This document shows, piece after piece, positions 9,763 through 17,569 of a stretch of 17,569 nucleotides of DNA. The notes under the pieces are model-generated. The model was given only the letters and a program-made list of their open reading frames with translations. It did not search any database and was not told the DNA's origin. The position numbers were made by a program, and so were the translations under genes. How positions within the stretch are numbered: the stretch's first letter is position 1; every line of letters starts with the position of its first letter. The DNA is taken from NCBI RefSeq assembly GCF_006345805.1, contig NW_021824774.1:1-17569 (forward strand), given 5' to 3'. This stretch comes from Octopus sinensis. Its lineage: Eukaryota.

Positions 9763-10199
9763 TCATTTATATTTTTATTTTCAAATCATTCATATTACAT
9801 ACATATAAACCCACCCGCTTTAAAATTGTGTAAAGAATGCGTCTGACACCTATATGTCCCTTGTCTGTCCTTTTTTGGCCCCTCTATGTATCCTTTTATA
9901 AGGAAATAAAGAAAATCCTGTTGGTCTGTCTGATTGTCTGCCTGTCTCCTCTTGTCACTGTATCAGTTTCTCACTATGTATGTGTTATGTATGTATGGAT
10001 GGATGGATGGATCTACCCATCCTTCCGTCCATCCATCTATCAATCAATGTATCTACCTGTCTGTTTCTCTCTCTCTTTGTTCATCTGTCCATTCGTCTGT
10101 CCGTCTGTCTGTCTGTCTGTCTACCTATTATTTCAGTTCTTTATGCGTTTCAGCTCAATGACTCTGGCCATGCTACACTTTCACCTTTTCAATGGCCGT

Positions 10200-10370
10200 T
10201 TGTATGCGATTGACTTTCGATATTGCTTTCCTCTGTTGAGTTTCTTGCCGTGATGTAGGTTCATCTAGCTCCTTAGATAGCAAGAGATCAAGGCTCTTGA
10301 AGACATCTACCCCTACTCCTTTTAGATCTCTCAGATACTTTCTCAAGCTATTAAGTAGTTGTGGTCTCTT
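10200..10370 (-). mobile_element. LINE (CR1/L2-group-like) ORF2 C-terminal fragment
   Basis: RPQLLNSLRKYLRDLKGVGVDVFKSLDLLLSKELDEPTSRQE fits the 'LFNSLP..VDVFK..LD' LINE terminus pattern. Confidence 0.6.
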
Positions 10371-10513
10371 GAAACTCAAGCTGTTGCAGTAAAAGGTTCA
10401 CAGTCTAGACACGATGGCTTGGTATTTGTCTGTGTTAGTAAAAACGACGCAGAAATCTCATTCCTATTTCTTATTATAAATTTTTCAAAATATTTTTTTC
10501 CATGCACCAGTCT

Positions 10514-10625
10514 GGTGTTAGTTGTAAACCTTTTCAAGAAACAACTTGATCTCCTACTAAGCAAGGTCCTAGACGAACCTACATCATACCAAGAAACTCT
10601 ATATAAGATAGCAATGTCGATCAAC
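10514..10625 (+). mobile_element. Second, diverged copy of the same LINE C-terminal fragment in the opposite orientation
   Basis: VNLFKKQLDLLLSKVLDEPTSYQET; roughly 70% DNA identity by eye to the rc of 10215-10320. Confidence 0.6.
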
Positions 10626-10637
10626 ATCCTTCTTCTC

Positions 10638-10778
10638 CTCTTCTCCATTTCTCCTTTCTCTTCGTACTTATTCTCTTTCAAAGGGAGGGAACTCAACAAT
10701 TAAGATTAGGGGATTTAACTCCTGTTCTTTTGTGGGCGATGTCAATTGGAAATGTTTTGGTGGGGGTGGACAGCAGTA
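10638..10778. repeat. Unnamed ~140-bp interspersed repeat X, copy 1 (copy 2 at 15753-15898, same orientation)
   Basis: Shared CTTTCTCTTCGTACTT..AAAGGGAGGGAACTCAACAATTA.GAT.AGGGGATTTAACTCCTG..TTTTGTGGGCGATGTCAA..GGCAGTA/AGCAGTA. Confidence 0.8.
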
Positions 10779-10798
10779 TTACTGCTAATATATATAAA

Positions 10799-11394
10799 CT
10801 AGCAGTATCGCCCGGCGTTGCTCGGGTTCGTAAGGGAAAAACTATATAAGCATTTTTAGAGAGTTACTCCCTTATATAATAGCAAAAAATGCATTAAAAA
10901 TGGAAAAAAATGGTAATTTTTTTTGAAATCGTAGACTCATCGTTAGACATTTTTAGAGAGTTACTTCCCTTATATAATAGCAAAAAATGCATTAAAAATG
11001 GAAAAAAATGATGGTAATTTTTTTTTAAATCGTAGACTCATCGTAGACATTTTTAGAGAGTTACTTCCCTTATATATAGCAAAAAATGCATTAAAAAAAT
11101 GGAAAAAATGATGGTAATTTTTTTCATTCGTAGACTCATCGTAGACATTTTTAGAGAGTTACTTCCCTTATATATTAGCAAAAAAATGCATTAAAAATGG
11201 AAAAAAATTATGGTAAATTTTTTTTAAAATCGTAGACTCATCGTAGACGCGCGCTAATACCCAGAAGGGCTCGATATGAATGACGACTATAAGATACCCG
11301 GTTTTGGTTACACTGCACCGCAAAATGTGGGAGTAGTTAGGAATCTAAATCGTAGGAGACAGACAGCACACAACTTCAGTTTTATATATATAGA
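10799..11394 (-). mobile_element. Non-autonomous Helitron, copy 2, with four tandem ~100-bp internal units (10851-11248)
   Basis: The rc starts A|TCTATATATATAAAA and ends with hairpin CCCGAGCAACGCCGGG and CTAG|T. Units start at 10851, 10948, 11048 and 11146. Confidence 0.9.
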
Positions 11395-11434
11395 TATCTA
11401 ATACTAATTAATAATTAGACCAACGAATTCCAAA

Positions 11435-11658
11435 TCAACACGATATCTGCTAGAAACGCCTGCTAAATTTTCTTCAAATCACGTGCCGCCGTCTTCGGAA
11501 AGAAAAGGCTATTGTTGGATTCAATAATAGTTATATATCCCACTAAAAAAAAACAACAAAAAAACGGGATAGTCGTGTCTGGAATGCCTCTCATCAAATG
11601 ATCTGCTCGATTACGATTGATCTAGTACTAAATGACAACAAATAATAAGGAAATAAAG
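11435..11658 (-). repeat. Interspersed repeat Y (~220 bp, probably the body of another SINE), copy 1; the inverted partner is at 16958-17166
   Basis: Shared AGATCAATCGTAAT.GAGCAGATC..GAGGCATT.CAGA and AATCCAACAATA.C.TT..CTTTCCGAAGACGGCGGCA.GTGATT..GTTTCTAGCAGATA. Confidence 0.8.
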
Positions 11659-11937
11659 CATAGTTTCTCTCTCCCCAACTTCCTCCCATCTCCCTTCTCT
11701 CTCTCTCTCTTTCTTTCTCTCGCTCTCCTCTCTTTCTCTCTGAAACTTTTTCTGGTGAAATAGCGACATGAACGGAACTGCTTATATTTGTGTGTGTGTG
11801 TGTGTGTGTATGTGTGTTTGAATGTGTGTGTGTGTGTGGCGTCCGTGATGAAGCCAGTGGTCATTCTACCAGCCAAAGTCCCCAGAGACTAATTATAAAA
11901 CGACGGTGTCAGCTAAGACCATTAATACTTACACACA

Positions 11938-11979
<42 letters not shown>

Positions 11980-12159
11980 AACGTTACAGCGCATAACAGC
12001 TTGGTGGAACTTGCTTGTCCATGTCATGTCTTACATCCATTCCATTTACACACACCTGTTGAGCAGCACTCGTGATATTGGTATTTTGACATCGGTGCGA
12101 ACCATCATGATACAGACAACTCTCTTAGGAACTCAAAGAAAACTATAGACTTGATGTAA

Positions 12160-12554
12160 TCTTTATATATAAAAGTGAGGTTGTGTGCTGTCTGTCTCCT
12201 ACGATTTAGATTCCTAACTACTCCCACATTTTGCGGTGCAGTTTAACCAAAACCGGGTGTCTTATAGTCGTGATTCATATCGAGCCCTTCTGGGTATTAG
12301 TGCGCGTCTACGATGAGTCTACGATTTAAAAAAAAAATTACCATCAATTTTTCCCATTTTTAATGCATTTTTGGCATATATAAGGGAAGTAACTCTCTAA
12401 AAATTATTATTAAATCTCAGAACGTAAAAAGCTACAGTACCCCCCCCCCTTTGTTGTTAGCCATATTGAGATGGCTATTATACTTTACTTCTCTAAAAAT
12501 GCTTATATAGTTATTTCCCTTACAAACCCGAGCAACGCCGGGCGATACTGCTAG
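12160..12554 (+). mobile_element. Non-autonomous Helitron, copy 3
   Basis: A|TCTTTATATATAAAAG ... CCCGAGCAACGCCGGGCGATACTGCTAG|T; closely similar to copy 1. Confidence 0.92.
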
Positions 12555-12702
12555 TGGAATATAAAGGAAGAGGAAGTAAGTGATTGTTACTTGATGGGGC
12601 ATGTAGCGTCACTTTCATTTTTCATTTTTTTCATTACTATTGTACCATACGTTTTGTTTTGATTTTTGTTTTTTTTTCATTTGTTCAGTGTCTCCACTGG
12701 CA

Positions 12703-13122
12703 TTTCATTGGTTAAAATTCGAAGAATTAAACTACGTTAAACTTACAAATTACAATTTTGTTTTCAATTTTGTTTACAATAGTGTTTTCTTTTGACGCAT
12801 TCTACCAGTATACGAAGTTTCAAATTGTTTAGTTAACTAGAAAATTCCGTCCATCAAAAAGAAAAGATCCCAGAAGCGAGAAGGATGAATAAGACGTGTG
12901 TGTGTGTGTGTGAGTTTTTAGACGCAGCAAATTATTTGAGCTCGAATGCTAGGATTTCATTGGTTAAAATTCGTAGAATTAAACTACGTTAAACTTACAA
13001 ATTACAATTTTGCTTTCAATTTTGTTTACAATAATGTTTTCTTTTGACACATTCTACAAGTATACGAAGTTTCAAATTGTTTGGTTAACTAGAAAATTCC
13101 GTCCATCAAAAGGAAAAGATCC
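12703..13122 (+). repeat. Local direct duplication of an AT-rich ~168-bp unit (12703-12870 and 12954-13122)
   Basis: ATTTCATTGGTTAAAATTCG..GAAAAGATCC occurs twice with few substitutions; period 251 bp. Confidence 0.92.
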
Positions 13123-13380
13123 ACCCCTTGTGTGCAATAAATAATCATCTCTTATAATATTCAGGTGGCTTACAGCCCTCTATGTCAGCTAACATTTTCT
13201 CAACAACAACTTACCAGGTGACAGCGTAACGCACTTCAGTCTGACCGTATTAATATAGAGACCATGAAAAAATATTCTGAATAACATATCGGTATTTGTT
13301 TGTGTTAGCAAAGCCGATGCGAAAATTTCAAGGATTTACTCCTGTTTTTTGTTATAAATGTTTAAAGAAATTCTTCAATA

Positions 13381-13540
13381 GGCGCAGGAGTGGCTGTGTG
13401 GTAAGTAGCTTGCTAACCAACCACATGGTTCCGGGTTCAGTCCCACTGCGTGGCATCTTGGGCAATGCCTTGTGAGTGGATTTGGTAGACGGAAACTGAA
13501 ACAAGCCTGTCGTATATGTGTATACATATATATATATATA
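13381..13540 (+). mobile_element. SINE family A, 5' half (split by the insertion at 13540-15482)
   Basis: Head GGCGCAGGAGTGG.. up to the (TA)n tract, with a small deletion at GGGCAA|TGCC. Confidence 0.9.
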
Positions 13541-15477
13541 GGAGATAAATAAAAATATATGCATACATACAAACATATATGTACGTACCTACATCTACAT
13601 GTATATATACATGCATATATAATAATTATAACGGAAGTACAGGACATCACAATAACGTAGAAACAGAAAAAGCCAAAAAACAAAAAACAAGAAAACGGAA
13701 AACGAAAACCAAATACAGGACAGGTTACACAAGGACAAAACCCCCCCGTCATCAGCTGTCGCTAGAGGAGTCAGGCATGTTTCGAAGGCATAACAGAACA
13801 CTAATCCAATAGGCCTTCCTGCGAGAGAATTAAATAAAATTTCAAGCAGCGGGGCACAATGAGTACGAACACAAACAAGACGTAACAATAAGACTGCAAA
13901 ATTAAAATACATGTACAAAAACAAACACAATAGGACGAACGAAAAGCTTTTTTCTGGCATAGACAAACATAAAACTGCAAAAATAAAAATACATGTACAA
14001 AAAGTACAATTAGTTACAAAACGAGAAATAACAAGAATACTATACAGGAAATTAACCACACAAGGGGAACGAACGAAGAAGCCTTTTGCTGGCAAGGACG
14101 AAAGTGTAGTAGCAGCGCGTGGAGGCAGTCTTTCAATAGTGGTAACCACGTGTAAAGGAATTTTGTTTTATAGGCAAGGAAGAGGGAAGGAGGAGGGGGA
14201 ACAGCGGCGAAGAGAGAGGAGGAGGGGGAGGGAGAAAGATTGAGAGTTTAAAGCAAAAGGTAGAGCGAAAGGGGAGTTACGCATCTTCAATATAATAATA
14301 TTAATATAAAAAAAGGGGACCAAGAAGTGGATCGAAACGACGAATCGGAACGAACCTGATGCGGGGCGCTGTCAGACAATAAGGCGATAAATAAAAATAT
14401 ATGCATACATACAACATATATGTACGTACCTACATCTACATGTATATATACATGCATATATAAAAATTATACGGAAGTACAGGACATCACAATAAGACGT
14501 AGAAACAGAAAAAGCCAAAAAACAAAAAACAAGAAAACGGAAAACGAAAACCAATACAGGACAGGTTACACAAGGACAAAACCCCCGTCATCAGCTGTCG
14601 CTAAGAGAGTCAGGCATGTTTCGAAGGCATAACAGAACACTATCCAATAGGCCTCCTGCGAGAGAATTAAAATAAAATTTTCAGCAGCGGGGCACAATGA
14701 GTACGACACAAACAAGACGTAACAATAAGACTGCAAAATTAAAATACATGTCAAAAACAAACACAAGAGGACGAACGAAAACGCCTTTTTCTGGCATAGA
14801 CAAACAATAAACTGCAAAAATAAAAATACATGTACAAAAAGTACAATTAGTTACAAAACGAGAAATAACAAGAATACTATACAGGAAATTAACCACACAA
14901 GGGGACGAACGAAGAAGCCTTTTGCTGCAAGGACGAAAGTGTAGTAGCAGCGCGTGGAGGCAGTCTTTTCATAGTGGTAACCACGTGTAAAGGATTTTGT
15001 TTATAGGCAAGGAAGAGGGAAGGAGGAGGGGGACACGCGGCGAAGAGAGAGGAGGAGGGGAGGAGAAAGATTGAAGAGGTTAAAGCAAAGGGGTGCCCCG
15101 CTGCTTGAAATTTTATTTTAATTCTCTCGCAGGAAGGCCTATTGGATTAGTGTTCTGTTATGCCTTCGAAACATGCCTGACTCCTCTAGCGACAGCTGAT
15201 GACGGGGGTTTTGTCCTGTGTAACCTGTCCTGTATTTGGTTTTCGTTTTCGTTTTCTTGTTTTTGTTTTTTGGCTTTTTCTGTTTCTACGTCTTATTGTG
15301 ATGTCCTGTACTTCCGTATAATTATTTATATATGCATGTATATATGAATGGTAGATGTAGGTACGTACATATATGTTGTATGTATGCATATATTTTATTT
15401 ATCTCCTTATTGTCTGACAGCGCCCCGCATCAGGTTCGTTCCGATTCGTCGTTTCGATCCACTTCTTGGTCCCTTTT

Positions 15478-15482
<5 letters not shown>
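13540..15482. mobile_element. Unnamed non-coding element: 842-bp-period tandem (13540-15092) plus an inverted partial copy (15093-15482), inserted in a SINE (TA)n tract
   Basis: GATAAATAAAAATATATGC occurs at 13544 and 14386. 15093-15482 is the rc of about 14304-14697. The two flanks are the complementary halves of one SINE. Confidence 0.75.
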
Positions 15483-15508
<26 letters not shown>

Positions 15509-15724
15509 GTTTGAGTGTCTGTGTTTGTCCCCCTAGCATTGCTTGACAACCGATGCTGGTGTGTTACGTCCCCCGTAACATAGCGGTTCGGCAAAAGTGA
15601 CCGGGACAGAAAAGTACTGGGCTTACAAAGAATAAGTCCCGGGTCGATTTGCTCGACTAAAGGTGGTGCTCAGCATGGCCACAGTCAAATGACTGAAACA
15701 AGTAAAAGAGTAAAGAGAGAGTAA
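15483..15724 (+). mobile_element. SINE family A, 3' half (continuation of 13381-13540)
   Basis: (TA)(TG)n, then GTTTGTCCCCCTAGCATTGCTTGACAACC through the AAAAGAGTAAAGAG tail. Confidence 0.9.
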
Positions 15725-15752
15725 CGTGCGCCAGTCTTATCTTTGTTATAAC

Positions 15753-15898
15753 CTCTTCTCCCCTTCTCCACCACATCTTTCTCTTCGTACTTGTTTTTCT
15801 GTAAAGGGAGGGAACTCAACAATTACGATCAGGGGATTTAACTCCTGATTTTTTTGTGGGCGATGTCAACTAGAAATTTTTTTTTTTGAACGGCAGTA
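15753..15898. repeat. Interspersed repeat X, copy 2
   Basis: Homologous to 10638-10778. Confidence 0.8.
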
Positions 15899-15914
15899 CG
15901 TCTCCAGTTCTTTC

Positions 15915-16645
15915 TTTTTTTTTTTTCTGCCTTTAACCCTCCAACGCGAGTATAGGCCACTTATAATTGAATTCCATGGCGCATAATTTTTCGCTTCTGT
16001 ACTTATACTCTGCCATGAATGTCCCCCTTTCTCTAGTTCCTTTTGTGTTGATCTCCACCACAAGATCTTAGGCCTGCCTTTATTTCTATATCCACCCGGT
16101 TTCCACTGTAAAGCACTTTTCACTACATTTGGTGTCTCTTTTCTAATTGTACTACCAATCCACTTCCACTTTTTCTGAAATATTTGCTCCCTAATCGAAA
16201 CTTGATTTGTTCTTTGCTCCATATTGCTTATGTGTTCGGGCCATCTAATTTTAAATATACTACGCAAGCATCTGTTGATGAATGATTGTATTTGCTTATT
16301 TGACTTAACTGTTGTTCACCATGTCTCAGTCCCATACAATAACACCGCTTTTACGTTAGTGTTAAAAATTCTTATTTTGTTCTTTATTGAAATTACTCTT
16401 GCGCTCCATACTTTCTTTAACAGGTGAAAAGCGGTCCTTGCCTTACTTATTCTCATCTTAATATCTTCGTCGGTGCCGCCTGGAAACGTTATCTTACTAC
16501 CTAAATACGTAAACTCGGCTACATCCTCTAGTTCACCGGTTTCTACTTTAATGCATTCGCTGTTTTCTTCATTACCGCGCATAATTTTTTATTTGTCGCG
16601 GTTGATTTTCAACCCTAGTTTGGCAGCTATTGCTTCTAATGACCA
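15915..16645 (-). mobile_element. RTE-clade LINE, 5'-truncated 3' portion of the RT ORF, degraded
   Basis: KLGLKINRDK*KIM..LEDVAEFTYLGSKI..DIKMRISKARTAF..FNTNVKAVLLYGTETW, then LRSIFKIRW..KWKWIG..KGRPKILW..W; A-rich tail at about 15910-15927. Confidence 0.9.
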
Positions 16646-16807
16646 TTCATTTCAAACTTGACGCCACACACACACACACACATTATACCACCCAAAGTTC
16701 CCAGAAGAATGGTAAGTCGAGAAGCAGTAAGCTAGGGCATAATTACTCATACACTCGGACTCGCAAAGAAAAAGAGATCTGTTCACATCGCTATTTCCCA
16801 GAGATAG

Positions 16808-16945
16808 TGAGAGAGAGAGAGAGAGGGGGGGGTGAGGGGTGAGAGAGAGGGAGAGAGGGGGTGAGAGAGAGAGTGTGTGAAAGAGAGAGTGAAAGAGAGA
16901 GAGAGAAAGAGAAGGAAGATGGGTGAGTGTTGGGGTGAGAGAGAA
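16808..16945 (+). repeat. (GA)n / G-rich polypurine tract
   Basis: Direct inspection. Confidence 0.85.
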
Positions 16946-16957
16946 TCGTAACCAGGT

Positions 16958-17166
16958 TTTATCTCCTTATTTGTTGTCCTTTCGCCCCAGATCAATCGTA
17001 ATTGAGCAGATCCTTGACCAGAGGCATTTCAGATGCGACCATACCGTTTTTTTTTTAATGGTGTGTATGATTCTTATATAATCCAACAATAACCTTTGCT
17101 TTCCGAAGACGGCGGCATGTGATTAGGAGGAAATATTGCTCCTGTTTCTAGCAGATACCACGTTGA
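16958..17166 (+). repeat. Interspersed repeat Y, copy 2
   Basis: Homologous to the rc of 11435-11658. Confidence 0.8.
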
Positions 17167-17360
17167 CTAAGAGAATATAATTATAAACATTCTTAGAATT
17201 TTATTAAAAAAAAAATAAAGTATCTAGTAATTAAAATATTTTGAACGTCATTTTTCAGCATTTATCTATAAAAGATCAAAATAGATTATTCATTAGTCGT
17301 TCGATATACTGTACGTAATATTATTGCTGCAAATACGTGAGTACATAAATCTTTGGGTAA

Positions 17361-17362
<2 letters not shown>

Positions 17363-17402
<40 letters not shown>

Positions 17403-17418
17403 CTGTGTACGTGTGTGT
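17363..17418 (+). repeat. (GT)n microsatellite
   Basis: Direct inspection. Confidence 0.95.
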
Positions 17419-17569
17419 GTTTATTTGTATATTCCTATATGATTGTGTTTCTGTAACATTTTTCGCGAAGGTAGTGTTTGTCGGTCCCTAGCATATTCTT
17501 TCTCTCTCCCTGTGGCTTTTTCATTCTCCGAATGATCCGCCCTTGTTTTCTTGTATCATCTGTCTGGAT

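Noticed and set aside
10851-11248. CRISPR-like array
   Set aside because: It consists of head-to-tail ~100-bp units without unique spacers, inside a eukaryotic Helitron.
13746-13825. Hammerhead on the minus strand of the 842-bp unit (GAAGGC..GCCTTC-GAAA-CATG-CC and a nearby CTGATGAC)
   Set aside because: The stem and GAAA are present, but there is no CUGANGA 5' of the stem, no UH site and no stem I partner. The downstream CTGATGA has no following stem-plus-GAAA.
13595-14149. 184-aa ORF and its counterparts in the repeat copies
   Set aside because: It is low-complexity F/V/L/C-rich from T-rich DNA, has no domain motif, and the frame is not preserved between copies.
16825-16861. G-quadruplex or H-DNA candidate in the GA/G-rich tract
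   Set aside because: Four G runs exist, but such tracts are common in microsatellite-rich DNA and nothing suggests function.

Overview
Repeat-dense eukaryotic non-genic or intronic DNA, most likely octopus. That taxon call is an inference from recognising the dominant tRNA-headed SINE from memory. No intact protein-coding gene is supported, and almost all of the supplied ORFs are microsatellite or SINE artefacts. The window is a nested transposon graveyard. It holds a frameshifted Penelope-like (PLE) RT fragment (1-990, -) and an internally deleted mariner with TIRs (1970-3096). A decayed Helitron Rep/PIF1-helicase ORF (3575-6357) is interrupted by two SINEs and a CR1 3' end. A PLE GIY-YIG end lies between ~290-bp inverted pseudo-LTRs, each with a hammerhead-like motif (7484-8793). 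There are also three non-autonomous Helitrons, Tx1/L1-, CR1/L2- and RTE-type LINE fragments, about seven copies of one SINE family, and several unnamed repeats. The best leads are: (i) a variant-core hammerhead (CTGATGCG) in the PLE pLTRs; (ii) an unnamed non-coding 842-bp unit arranged tandem plus inverted inside a SINE's (TA)n tract; (iii) a possible 52-nt host exon split by a Helitron; (iv) a local templated inverted duplication. I cannot claim a new biological system with confidence. Homopolymer-indel noise at 14.3-15.7 kb suggests imperfect long-read polishing. Boundaries were read by eye and are approximate unless termini or TSDs are quoted.
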